64,000 bases of DNA from Dehalococcoidia bacterium (GTDB lineage: Bacteria > Chloroflexota > Dehalococcoidia > Bin125), in contig OZ253471.1 in assembly GCA_965261715.1 (NCBI GenBank), positions 1,162,861-1,226,860 of the forward strand, read 5' to 3'. The position numbers were made by a program, and so were the translations under genes. Of the stretch, positions 30,908 to 40,703 are shown in pieces. The notes beneath the pieces are model-generated. The model saw only the letters and a program-made list of their open reading frames with translations. It was not told the DNA's origin and made no database searches. The number at the start of each line of letters is the position of its first letter. Position 1 is the stretch's first letter.

Positions 30908-32008
30908 ATGACCCAGCGTCCGCCTGACCCGATCCCGTTCCCTCGCGACCGAGTTCAACGCGGCGCGCCTCCACCGCAGCAACAGCCGCCGCAACCATCC
31001 GGTCCGGTGATCTACTCCGCGTCGGGACAACCGATGCGCAGAGTTCAGCAAACACCGCCTGCTCCCCCACCCGCGCCGATCCCGATTCGACAGACCCCTC
31101 CGCCCTCACAGCGAACAGAGCCGGTTCAGCCAGCCGATTCCGCTGAACCGCAGAACCTACACGGACACATTGCGGCCGTCATCGACTCCACCGATGCCAC
31201 GTTTGCTCAGGACGTGGTCCAGCGCTCCCATGAGCTTCCCGTGATCGTCGACTGCTGGGCGCCATGGTGCGGCCCCTGCCGCGTACTCGGTCCAATCCTG
31301 GAAAAACTCGCATACGAGCGCGACGGCCAAGTACAACTGGTCAAGGTCAACACCGACGAGAACCCGCAGGTCGCCCAGGCTCTACAGGTCGAGGGCATCC
31401 CGGCCGTGTTTGCGTTTGTCGGTGGACAGCTTGTCAACCAGTTCGTCGGCGCACTGCCCGAGGAACAGGTACGAACCTTCTTCGATTCCCTTGTCCCTTC
31501 CGAAGCCGACATCAAAGCCGCCGAGGGCTATCGGATGATGCAGGAAAACCAGATCCCAATCGCTCGGTTGCACTTCGAGTCGGCGCTGGAAGAAGATCCC
31601 AACCACGAACCCGCTACAGTCGGTCTCGCCGCCATCCTCTCGCGGATGGGTGAGACGGAACGCGCAGCAGAGCTCGCTCGTCGCTGGCCCGATCACCCAA
31701 TGAGTAAAAGCGTCCTCATGTCATTGGAGTTCGCGGCCACACTCGATGGCTACGAACCGGACGAAGTCAGGCTCGCAGTCGCGACCGAACCAACCGATGC
31801 GCTCGCACGCTTCCGACACGGCTGCCTGCTTGCGCTCGAGGGTCAGTGGATGGAAGCGCTCGACGAGTTGCTGGAGTCGGTGCACATCGACAAGTCGGCG
31901 GGCGACGAAGTCGCTCGCAAGACGCTGCTCGGGATCTTCGGGATGCTCGGCGAGAACCAGCCGGTCGTGGCGGAGTATCGACGACGCCTGGGGCAGCTGC
32001 TGTTCTAG
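30908..32008 (+). CDS. Thioredoxin-TPR co-chaperone (YbbN/CnoX-like) with Pro/Gln-rich N-terminal extension
   Basis: WAPWCGPC, GIPAV, TPR region, C-terminal YRRRLGQLLF. Confidence 0.9.
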   Translation: MTQRPPDPIPFPRDRVQRGAPPPQQQPPQPSGPVIYSASGQPMRRVQQTPPAPPPAPIPIRQTPPPSQRTEPVQPADSAEPQNLHGHIAAVIDSTDATFAQDVVQRSHELPVIVDCWAPWCGPCRVLGPILEKLAYERDGQVQLVKVNTDENPQVAQALQVEGIPAVFAFVGGQLVNQFVGALPEEQVRTFFDSLVPSEADIKAAEGYRMMQENQIPIARLHFESALEEDPNHEPATVGLAAILSRMGETERAAELARRWPDHPMSKSVLMSLEFAATLDGYEPDEVRLAVATEPTDALARFRHGCLLALEGQWMEALDELLESVHIDKSAGDEVARKTLLGIFGMLGENQPVVAEYRRRLGQLLF

Positions 32009-32040
32009 CCGGAACCTCTAGCCGGAGGGCGAACGACCTA

Positions 32041-32287
32041 AGAATGCACTGAACAACTCCGATCCCCGCTTCCCCCCTCTGCGGGGGAAGCTGCCGAAGG
32101 CTGAAGGGGGGTCCCTGCTCAGCCTGCGACACCAGTTGTTCAGAGGATTCCTAAGAATGCCCTGAACAACTCCGATCTCCGCTTCCCCCCTCCGCGGGGA
32201 AGCTGCCGAAAGCCTGCCCCGCACTTGATGCGGGGGCTGAAGGGGAGTCCCCGCTCAGCCTGCGACACCAGTTGTTCAGAGGATTCC
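32041..32287. mobile_element. Two tandem TA-flanked MITE-like elements (32041-32151 and 32154-32287)
   Basis: TA|AGAATGCACTGAACAACT...AGTTGTTCAGAGGATTCC|TA repeated with a shared TA; the second copy has an extra CCCCGCA-cttga-TGCGGGG hairpin. Confidence 0.88.
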
Positions 32288-32616
32288 TAGGCCTCGTCCT
32301 CTTCCGTACCTCGGGTGTACCACTGACGCGTCCGCCACCACGGCATCGGGGTGTCGTCGTCATCTCGCTTGGCCCGATTGCCGATGGCCCAGATGAAGAT
32401 TGCGAGTGTCGTTCCGACGAAAACGAACGGAATGAACAGGGAAGTCGCGAGCGTCGCGTCCGAGACGTGAATGCCATCGTCATCCTCGCCACCAGCGTCG
32501 GCTACTTGTGCCGGTTCCTCGATGGCGTCTTCGCCTGCGGCCGCGGCGCCAAGTGTCAGAGCGCACATCCCGCCGACCACCACTAACGCCAACAGAAAGC
32601 GTCGAACCTGGGACAT
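32287..32616 (-). CDS. Small membrane protein
   Basis: Signal-like N-terminus, acidic linker, one TM segment; start taken at MSQVRR with GAGGGG upstream. Confidence 0.6.
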   Translation of the reverse strand: MSQVRRFLLALVVVGGMCALTLGAAAAGEDAIEEPAQVADAGGEDDDGIHVSDATLATSLFIPFVFVGTTLAIFIWAIGNRAKRDDDDTPMPWWRTRQWYTRGTEEDEA

Positions 32617-32718
32617 TGGATCACACCCCTCAACCGTTCCGGCTATCGTGATTGGCCATAGTGTCGCGCTAACGCGCAACAGCGTCAATCTCGCGAGCAT
32701 CAACGCTAAACTACGGAC

Positions 32719-34296
32719 ATGCACCCTCCAACCAAGTTTTCCCTCCGCAACGCCGACGGTCAGGAAATGCAGTTCCCGCCGCAACGGCCGGTGCTATTGG
32801 CGCTGGTCAAAGAAGACTGCGAGACCTGCAATCTGACCCTGCCGCTGCTCGAAGCCGTTCACCGAGCCACCGACGACGGACTCGACGTCTGGGTCGCCGT
32901 CCAGAAGAGCGACGACATTCCCATACTCAAGGACCGACACGATCTGACGATGCCGCTGCTGGACGACGACGCACTCGATCTGTCCTACGAGACCGATATC
33001 GACACGGTACCGACGCTCTTCCTCTACGACGAACAACAGAACTGCACCCTGCAGACCTTCGGCTTCGACAAGCACGAATGGCGAGAGATCGCCAGTGAAT
33101 CGATGGCGTTGGCCGGTCGTCCCGATGGCGACACCGCTATCGACTGGGACTCCTTGCCCGTGCAGCGACCTGGTTGCGGGGCTCGCAACTACGAGCCCGG
33201 CGTCTACGAGCGGCTGCAAGCGATCAAAAGTGGAGACCTGCTCTCGCGCCTCGTCGATCTCGCAGCAAGAGACGATATCCACGAGTTCATGTACGAGCAG
33301 GGCTACACCGACGGCTTCCCCGTCGTCCCGCCGACCCGCGAGCGCGTCTGGCAAATGCTCCAGGGCACAACGAGAGATCCGCAGGCAGAAGTGGCAATCA
33401 TGCCACCCAACCTGGCCCCGATCACGGTCGAGAAGATCGCGATCAACGCGGTCATGGCCGGAGCCAAGCCCGAGTACATGCCCTCAATCATCACCCTCGT
33501 CGAGATCGCTTGCACCGAGTCATTCAACATTCACGGTGTCCTCGCCACCACGATGGGCGCCACACCCGTCGGCATCTTCAACGGGCCGATTCGCGACCGA
33601 ATCGGCATGAACTACCTCCACGGCGCGCTCGGCTCGGGAAACCGAGCCAACGCAGCCATTGGCAGGGCCTTGCGACTCTGCGCCCGCAACGTCGGCGGCA
33701 GTCTTCCCGGCGGCACCGACCGTGCCACCCAGGGCGGCCCACATCGACTCACCATGAACTTCGCCGAGAACGAGGACGCGAATCCATGGGATTCCCTCGC
33801 CGTCGAACGCGGCTTCGCGCCGACCGACGATGTCGCCACCTTGATGGCGATGTCCGGCGGCCCAGCCACCATCGCCGACGAGCGCTCGCGCGACGGTCGC
33901 GGCATGGCCGGTACCCTCGCAATGTCCATGAGTTGCATGCAAGACCCGAAGTCGCCGATGGTCGACACGCTCGTCGTGCTCTCTCCGGATCACGCCGGTA
34001 TCTTTGGGCGCTCAGGTTGGTCCAAAGATGATGTGCGCGAGTGCATCATGGAAGAAACATCCATCCCGCTGAAATATCGCTTACGTTCAGAGGACGCCGG
34101 CTGCGGCCTGCCTCCCGAAATCGTCGAACGCTTCGGCGGCGAGGCGGCGCTCGATATGCCGATCGCCAAGTTCCGCGACAAGTCCAACATCATCCTTGTC
34201 GTCGCCGGCTCGTCGGCGGCGAAGTTTTCAACAATCCTCGGCGGCTGGGCCGGCGGCGTGTACTCGACCCCGACCAGCGCAAAAATTGGCGCATAA
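32719..34296 (+). CDS. Thioredoxin-like domain fused to an uncharacterised UGSC-associated domain (paralogue 1)
   Basis: CETC redox motif, cis-Pro motif TVPT, linker PGCG, then TDGFPVVPPT, TVEKIAINAVMAG, GNRANAAIGRALRL. Confidence 0.85.
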   Translation: MHPPTKFSLRNADGQEMQFPPQRPVLLALVKEDCETCNLTLPLLEAVHRATDDGLDVWVAVQKSDDIPILKDRHDLTMPLLDDDALDLSYETDIDTVPTLFLYDEQQNCTLQTFGFDKHEWREIASESMALAGRPDGDTAIDWDSLPVQRPGCGARNYEPGVYERLQAIKSGDLLSRLVDLAARDDIHEFMYEQGYTDGFPVVPPTRERVWQMLQGTTRDPQAEVAIMPPNLAPITVEKIAINAVMAGAKPEYMPSIITLVEIACTESFNIHGVLATTMGATPVGIFNGPIRDRIGMNYLHGALGSGNRANAAIGRALRLCARNVGGSLPGGTDRATQGGPHRLTMNFAENEDANPWDSLAVERGFAPTDDVATLMAMSGGPATIADERSRDGRGMAGTLAMSMSCMQDPKSPMVDTLVVLSPDHAGIFGRSGWSKDDVRECIMEETSIPLKYRLRSEDAGCGLPPEIVERFGGEAALDMPIAKFRDKSNIILVVAGSSAAKFSTILGGWAGGVYSTPTSAKIGA

Positions 34297-34310
34297 TCAT
34301 GCCGACAAAA

Positions 34311-34360
34311 CCGAACGGATCCGAACAAAATCGAACAAAGTCGAACAGATACGAACGAAA
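34311..34360 (+). repeat. Five 10-bp direct repeats with CGAAC core
   Basis: ccgaacggat ccgaacaaaa tcgaacaaag tcgaacagat acgaacgaaa. Confidence 0.85.
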
Positions 34361-34425
34361 CTCCCCACACAATCCGCGTAACGCGCGTCGCGACCCTGCA
34401 GTCGGCGCGTTGATGGAGAGGCCCC

Positions 34426-34956
34426 ATGGTTACCCAGATCCTCGACCCCACTGACGAACGAGTGCCGATCAAGCGCTCTCTCACGCCGCGCCCCGAGGCG
34501 CTGCATGGGACGGTTGCTCTGCTCGACATCTCCAAGCCGCGCGGCGATGTCTTCCTCGACCGCCTTGAGCAGCTCTTGCACGAGCGCGCGCCGGGCGTGG
34601 AGACGCGACGCTTCATGAAGCCGACCGTCGCCAAGCCTGCCCCCGAACCGATCAAGCAAGCGATTTTGGAGGAATGCGACTTCGTCATCGAAGCGCTGGC
34701 TGATTGAGGATCCTGTACGACGTGCAGTGTGCACGACACCGTTTACTTCGAACTGCAGGGCAAGCCCAGCGTCTTCGTCGCCACTTCCGAGTTCATCAAG
34801 GCCGCCAGCCACCAGGCTGAGCGACTCGGACTCGAAGAGGTACGTCGCGTCTTCATCCCGCATCCGATGCAGGATCGCACCGATGCCGAGATGCAGAATC
34901 ACGCTGAGCGGTTTATCGACGAAATCCTCGACACCTTGATGGCGCCCGTCGAATAA
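34426..34956 (+). CDS. UGSC-family selenoprotein (Sec at UGA 34705-34707), about 176 aa
   Basis: ORFs 34426-34707 and 34729-34956 are in the same frame; read-through gives EALAD-U-GSCTTCSVHD; hairpin directly downstream. Confidence 0.9.
34714..34738 (+). promoter_or_regulatory. Candidate bacterial SECIS element
   Basis: UGU-(ACGA bulge)-CGUGCA-GUG-UGCACG-ACA; G-initiated apical loop begins 19 nt after the UGA. Confidence 0.7.
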
Positions 34957-35024
34957 CGACAGGCGCCGGATCAGGTGTCCCCTTCGTCTCGTTCCTTCGG
35001 GGACAGAATCGCCACGAACCGTCC

Positions 35025-35106
35025 ATCTCCCCCGTCTAGGGGGGATGCGGTCCACTTCCCACTCTCCCCCCTCTGGGGGGAGATGCCGCAGGCAGAGGGG
35101 GGCTCC
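35025..35106. repeat. Degenerate copy of the CCCCC/GGGGGAGATGCC palindromic repeat
   Basis: CTCTCCCCCCTCTGGGGGGAGATGCCGCAGGCAGAGGGGGG. Confidence 0.75.
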
Positions 35107-35140
35107 CATCCCCCCTACCAACAACCGACAAGGCATTGCC

Positions 35141-36250
35141 GTGCCCGGCGACTCCGACTTCTTTTCACGAATCATCGAAATCGCCGAACACGACGATGTC
35201 TATGAGTTCATGTTCGCCCAGGGAATCACCGACGGCCTGCCGGTTGTCCCGCCAACCCGCGAGCGGGTCGACCGGATGCTGGACGCCGCTCCCGAGCACT
35301 GGAACGACCCCAAGAAGGTCATCGCCGTGCTCCCGCCCAACCTCGCGCCACTGAGCGTCGAGAAGGCAGCGATCAATGCCGTCATGGCGGGCGCGAGGCC
35401 AGACTTCTTCCCCACGATCCTCGCATCCGTCGAAGCCGCCACCAGCCGAGGTTTCCCGCTCCACGCCTCAATCGCCACGACTGCCGGTCTCGCGCCGATG
35501 ATGATCGTCAACGGACCCGTGCGAGAGCAGATCGGCATGAATTGGGGTCTCAACGCCCTGGGACAGGGCAATCGAGCCAACTCAACGCTCGGAAGAGCGC
35601 TGCGATTGATGCTGCGCAACATTGGCGGAGCCAAACCAGGTGAGATCGAACAGGCGATCCAGGGCGGCGGCCACAAGTGGACACTGAGCTATGCCGAGTA
35701 CGAGGACTACTCACCGTGGGAGCCGTTCCACGTTGAGCACGGCTACGAGCCGGACGACAGCGTCGTCTCGTTGATGCCCACGACCGGCGGACCTCGAATC
35801 TGCATCGATCAAACCAGCCGCACCGCGCGCGCGCTGACCGGCTCAATCGCGATGGCCTTCCAGCAGGTCCTGAAGCCGCGTGGCCAGGTCACACCCTCGA
35901 TGTTCGTCATCAGCCCCGAGCACGCCGATGTCTACCGCGCCGACGGATGGTCGAAGGACAACATCCGCGAAGCGATCATGGAGTTCACCGCCTTGCCGCT
36001 GCGTGAGCGCCTCGAGACCCCGACGATGGGTGGTGGCATCAATGAGTATGTGCCCGAGAAGTATGGCCTGAGCGGGGACCAGCTCGACATCCCGATGTCG
36101 AAGGTGGCTCACCCTTCGTTCATTCAGATCACCATGGCCGGCAGCCATGCCGGCAAGTGGACCAGTATCTACCAGGGAATCTTCGGCGACGGCAACCCCG
36201 CTGTTCCACCGCCAACATTTGTGCCCCCGTCCGCTCTCGTCCGTTCATGA
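35141..36250 (+). CDS. UGSC-associated domain protein (paralogue 2, no thioredoxin domain)
   Basis: TDGLPVVPPT, SVEKAAINAVMAG, GNRANSTLGRALRL; GTG start chosen downstream of the repeat. Confidence 0.85.
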   Translation: MPGDSDFFSRIIEIAEHDDVYEFMFAQGITDGLPVVPPTRERVDRMLDAAPEHWNDPKKVIAVLPPNLAPLSVEKAAINAVMAGARPDFFPTILASVEAATSRGFPLHASIATTAGLAPMMIVNGPVREQIGMNWGLNALGQGNRANSTLGRALRLMLRNIGGAKPGEIEQAIQGGGHKWTLSYAEYEDYSPWEPFHVEHGYEPDDSVVSLMPTTGGPRICIDQTSRTARALTGSIAMAFQQVLKPRGQVTPSMFVISPEHADVYRADGWSKDNIREAIMEFTALPLRERLETPTMGGGINEYVPEKYGLSGDQLDIPMSKVAHPSFIQITMAGSHAGKWTSIYQGIFGDGNPAVPPPTFVPPSALVRS

Positions 36251-37337
36251 CCGAGCTGCGCGCGCGCGCCATTGACGTTGTCGACCACGACGACATCTAC
36301 GAGTTCCTCTTCGACCAACATGTGACCGACGGCCTCCCAGTCGTACCGCCAACGCCCGAGCGCGTGGAGCGCATGTTGAGCGGAACCTCCCGTCATCCGG
36401 ATAAAGTCATTGGCAAAATCCCGCCCAACTACGCGCCGGCGACGGTCGAGAAGATTGCAATCAACGCCGTCATGGCCGGAGCCGCTCCCGAGTATCTGCC
36501 CGTAATCCTGGCCGCCGTCCGAGCGGCTTCCGCGGGCCGATTTCCGCTGCATGGGACGATCGCCAGCACCGACGGCATCTCACCGATGATGATCGTCAAT
36601 GGCCCCATTCGTAAGCGAATCGGGATGAACTGGGGTCTAAATGCGCTGGGTCAGGGCAATCGAGCCAACATGACCATCGGCCGAGCCCTGCGATTGGTGC
36701 TGCGCAACATCGGAGGCGCTCGCGAGGGTGAGATCGACCAAACTGTCCAGGGCGGCGCGCACAAATTCACATTGACCTTCGCCGAGCACGAGGATGCGTC
36801 GCCCTGGCAACCGCTGCATGTCGAGCACGGATACGAGCCCGACGACAGCGTCGTCACCCTCCTGCCTGTCATCGGTGGACCAAGAATCTGCGTTGACGAG
36901 TACAGCCGCACCGCGCGAGCGCTGGTCGGCTCACTCGCGATGGGTTTCCAGCGCATCTTCAGCCCCAACGGACAGATCGGCCCATCGATGCTGGTGCTCA
37001 GTCCCGAGCACGCCAATGTCTTCCGTCGCGACGGCTGGACCAAATCCGACATCCGAGAAGCAATGATGGAGCTGACCGCGCTGCCAATCCGCGAGCGTCT
37101 CGCCACCGACCGCGTCGGCGGAGGCATCACGGCGCCAACGCTCAAGCGTGAAGGCATTACCGAAGCGGATCTCGATCAACCAATGTCGAAGGTCTCCCAC
37201 CCTCTCACATTCAATTCGCGGTCGCTGGAGCGAATGCCGGCAAGCGGACCGGAATCTATCCGGGGATCGTCCGGCGCATGGACCCGGACCACATGGACGA
37301 GTTCAGGCCCGTCTCCGCACGGATAGACCTGGCGTGA
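36247..37337 (+). CDS. UGSC-associated domain protein (paralogue 3) with 1-nt frameshift near 37200
   Basis: ATGA overlap with paralogue 2. Similarity to paralogue 2 continues in another frame after KVSHP (SHIQFAVAGANAGK) to TGA at 37335-37337. Confidence 0.8.
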
Positions 37338-37966
37338 CATTGCCAGCCCGGAAGTCGACTGACCATGAATCGCTTCGCAAGCGCCTCGCGCAACCGCCAA
37401 TAGTGACCATCGAGCTAAGTAGCCACCCCATCGAATTGGTGGCCCGTCACGGCCTGTTCTCAGCCAGAGCGCTGGACGAAGGAACCGCCTTGTTGCTGCG
37501 AGAGCTAGAGCCGCTCCCACCGCTACCTCGTGTTCTTGACCTCGGCTGTGGCTACGGTGCCATCGGACTGACGCTCGCTGCGCGCTGGCCGGCCTCGCAT
37601 ATCGATATGGTCGATACAGACATCCGCGCCGTCGAGGCCGCCACCGAGAACGCCGCACGCAATCACCTGGACAACGCAGCAGTGACCCTGAGCGACGGCA
37701 CGAGAGAGCTTCGCGACAGCGCCGGCGCATACGACCTCGTCGTTTCCAACCTGCCAGCCCAGGCAGGGAACGACGCTATCGATCAGCTGTTGCTCGATGC
37801 CTACGACGCCCTGAAGCACGAAGGGTCGCTCGTTGTCGTGGCCGTCAATGGACTCCGCCGCTATCTCCAACGGCGGCTCGCCACCATCTTTGGAGCTGAC
37901 CGAGTCGCCAAAGTCCATCAGGGGCCCCGGCACACGGTCCTCGAAGCGGCGAAACTATCCGCATGA
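37334..37966 (+). CDS. Class I SAM-dependent methyltransferase (RsmC/MTS-like)
   Basis: GLFS...LDEGT, VLDLGCGYG, VVSNLP; GTG start overlaps the corrected stop of the upstream gene (GTGA). Confidence 0.85.
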   Translation: MTLPARKSTDHESLRKRLAQPPIVTIELSSHPIELVARHGLFSARALDEGTALLLRELEPLPPLPRVLDLGCGYGAIGLTLAARWPASHIDMVDTDIRAVEAATENAARNHLDNAAVTLSDGTRELRDSAGAYDLVVSNLPAQAGNDAIDQLLLDAYDALKHEGSLVVVAVNGLRRYLQRRLATIFGADRVAKVHQGPRHTVLEAAKLSA

Positions 37967-39357
37967 CCGCCCAGTCGCCTCCTACGCGTCCCGGCATGTT
38001 GGAGCCGCTCCGACTACGTGAGTTCCGCCTGCTGCTGACCGGCTTCATCGTCGGTCAATCGATGATGCCGCTGCAGTTCGTTGCCTCAATCGCCTGGATC
38101 CAGCTCGTCGCCGACGACAGCATCGAGATCATCATGGTTGGCGCGATCGGCACGATTCGCGGCGCCGGCATGATCGGCTTCGGGCTCTTCGGCGGCGCAC
38201 TGGCCGACCGCTTCGACCGCCGCCGCCTCTTGATGGTCACTCAGGCGATCGCATTCGTGAGCAACATCCTGATCGCCGTCATGATCTGGACCGGCTCCGG
38301 TGGTATCACCGACATCGTCATCTTCTTCGTCCTCACCATCATCGCCTCCTCCGCTCACGCCATAGACGGCCCGACTCGCCAGGCGATCACCCCGGAGATT
38401 CTCGGCCCGCGTCTGACCTCGACCGGTATCGCACTGAACTCGGCCGCTATGCAGTTCGCCATGCCCTTTGCCATCTTCGCCTCTGGTCTCATGATCGACA
38501 GCCTGGGACACGGCGCCGTCTTCGCCATCTCTTCCTTCGGACACCTGGGCGAAGTCCTGATCCTCGCGATGATGGCCTACCGCACCGTGTTCTCCGCGGC
38601 CCATATGGCAGCCCGTAGAACTGGTCGCGGGCAAGCCTTCCGCGACATCGGCGCAGGACTTCGCTACGCGCGTTCCAAACCGGTGATCCTCTGGACCGTC
38701 CTCATCGTCGTCCTGATGATGTCGCTGATCATGCCGCCGACCGGCACGCTTGGTCCGCAGTGGGTCACCACAGTTGTCGGCGCGACCTGGTCGGAGTTCA
38801 GTTTTATCGCCGTCTTCTGGGGCGGCGGCGCGATGGTCGCATCAATCATCATGGTTCGCTTCTCCTGGATCGAGCGCAAGGGAGTCCTGACCGCCGCCGG
38901 CGTCATCGTGATGGCGCTGGGCTTCGTCGTCTTCGTCAACCCCGCGACCGCATTGAACGCCATCGCCGGCAATTTCCTGTTGGGTGTCGGTATGTCGATC
39001 GCGATGGTCTCCTCCAACGCCACGCTTGCACACGAGACGCCGAACGAGATGCGCGGCCGAATCATGGGGCTCGTCTTCCTCGGCATGGGCATCGCGCAAC
39101 TCGCCGGCCTGCCCTTGGGCGCCGTCGCCCAGGTGTTCGGCATGGAGACCCTGTTCCCACCGATGTCGTTCGCAATCCTCGCCTTCCTCGCCGCATTGAT
39201 CGTGCTCCGGCCTGCCATCCTGCGCGCGCGTGTTCCCCAACACCCGGCTTTGGAAACAATGGCGGCACAAGCGGCGACGGCGAGCCGCGTCCTCAACGGT
39301 GCAGCTAGGTTCATCGTCCGCACCGCGCCCAACAAGGCCCTCTCGACCCTGCGATAA
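37963..39357 (+). CDS. MFS transporter
   Basis: GALADRFDRRRL motif A, about 12 TM segments, RGRIMG. Confidence 0.92.
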   Translation: MTAQSPPTRPGMLEPLRLREFRLLLTGFIVGQSMMPLQFVASIAWIQLVADDSIEIIMVGAIGTIRGAGMIGFGLFGGALADRFDRRRLLMVTQAIAFVSNILIAVMIWTGSGGITDIVIFFVLTIIASSAHAIDGPTRQAITPEILGPRLTSTGIALNSAAMQFAMPFAIFASGLMIDSLGHGAVFAISSFGHLGEVLILAMMAYRTVFSAAHMAARRTGRGQAFRDIGAGLRYARSKPVILWTVLIVVLMMSLIMPPTGTLGPQWVTTVVGATWSEFSFIAVFWGGGAMVASIIMVRFSWIERKGVLTAAGVIVMALGFVVFVNPATALNAIAGNFLLGVGMSIAMVSSNATLAHETPNEMRGRIMGLVFLGMGIAQLAGLPLGAVAQVFGMETLFPPMSFAILAFLAALIVLRPAILRARVPQHPALETMAAQAATASRVLNGAARFIVRTAPNKALSTLR

Positions 39358-39415
39358 CATTCAAGCAATCCGAAACCGCTCAAACACGAACACTCCACCC
39401 AAGGGAGCCTCACCC

Positions 39416-40582
39416 ATGGAATACCGCTTCAGCGACAAAGCACTCGCCTTCGAGGCCGAAGTCAACGAGTTCCTCGACCAGGAATGGACGCCGGAGCTCA
39501 GAACCGAGATTGGCGACCCGACCAAAGACACCATGACGGAGGAACGCGGATTCCGCAAGCTCCTCGCCGAGCGTGGTTGGCTGACCATGTCCTGGCCGGC
39601 CGAGTACGGCGGACAGGAGCGTTCGCTGGAGGAGCAGTACCTCTTCTGGGAGGCAATGAACTACGCCGGCGCGCCACAGGCAACCGTCGCGACCCAACAG
39701 GTTGGCCCGACGCTGATGCGCTTTGGCACCGATGAACAGCAGGAGCGCTTCCTCCCGCCAATCGCCCGAGGCGAAGTCGAGTTTGCCCTCGGCTACACCG
39801 AGCCGGACGCCGGCTCCGACCTCGCTTCACTTCAGCTACGCGCCGTCAAGGACGGTGACGACTACATCCTCAACGGGATCAAGCGCTTCACCTCAGGAGC
39901 CCACCGCAGCGAGTACGTTTGGCTTGCCACTCGCACCGATCCCGACGCGCCCAAACACCGCGGCGTCTCGATGATGTTGGTCGACATGAAGTCGGCCGGG
40001 ATCACGGTCAGGCCGCTCTGGACGATGGCCGGTTACCGAACCAACGAGGTCTATTTCGAAGATGTCCGCGCCCCGTCCAACGTCCTCGTCGGCGAGGAGA
40101 ACCGCGGCTGGTACTACGCCGCGCACGCTCTCGATCGCGAGCGCATCTCGATCTTCACCGTCTCGTCGGTACGAGCCGTATACGACCGCCTGATCGACTG
40201 GGCCAGGTCGGATACGCCCATGGGTCGGCCAATCGACGACGCCGGCGTTGCGGGAACGTTTGCCGAGTTCAAGGTTCAACTGGAAGTCCTCCAGCACCTG
40301 AGCTACAACATCCTGGACATGCTCAAGCGCGAGGAATCGCCTAACTACGAGGCCAGCCAGGTCAAGATCTTTTCAACCGAGATGATGCAACGGCTGCAGA
40401 ACTTCTCGCTCCACGCGATGGGACTCTACGGCCAGCTCAACGGCAACGACCCGCGAGCGCCAATCGACGGTTCATCCGAAAACGGCTACCTCGCCGCCGT
40501 CATGCCGACCTTCGGCGCCGGCGCCAACGAGCTACAGCGCAACATCATCGCCCAGCGAGGATTCGGCCTGCCCAGGGCATAG
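39416..40582 (+). CDS. Acyl-CoA dehydrogenase
   Basis: WPAEYGG, GYTEPDAGSDLASL, NEVYFEDV, GANELQRNII; start at ATG 39416 after GGGAG. Confidence 0.94.
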   Translation: MEYRFSDKALAFEAEVNEFLDQEWTPELRTEIGDPTKDTMTEERGFRKLLAERGWLTMSWPAEYGGQERSLEEQYLFWEAMNYAGAPQATVATQQVGPTLMRFGTDEQQERFLPPIARGEVEFALGYTEPDAGSDLASLQLRAVKDGDDYILNGIKRFTSGAHRSEYVWLATRTDPDAPKHRGVSMMLVDMKSAGITVRPLWTMAGYRTNEVYFEDVRAPSNVLVGEENRGWYYAAHALDRERISIFTVSSVRAVYDRLIDWARSDTPMGRPIDDAGVAGTFAEFKVQLEVLQHLSYNILDMLKREESPNYEASQVKIFSTEMMQRLQNFSLHAMGLYGQLNGNDPRAPIDGSSENGYLAAVMPTFGAGANELQRNIIAQRGFGLPRA

Positions 40583-40589
40583 GGCTTGC

Positions 40590-40641
40590 GATTTCCCCGC
40601 TCCCCCTTGCAGGGGGAGCTGCCGAAGGCTGAGGGGGTCCC
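40590..40641. repeat. Solo palindromic module between convergent genes (may act as terminator)
   Basis: CTCCCCCTTGCAGGGGGAGCTGCCGAAGGCTGAGGGGG, same as the MITE internal module. Confidence 0.75.
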
Positions 40642-40703
40642 GCCTCGCATCGTCCAGGCGGAATGCGCCATCTGCCGCTCTTCACTACCCAGGTGAACAG
40701 ACA

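Noticed and set aside
32041-32287. Tandem repeats as a CRISPR array
   Set aside because: Units are over 100 bp with internal palindromes and TIRs, have no unique spacers, and no cas genes are present
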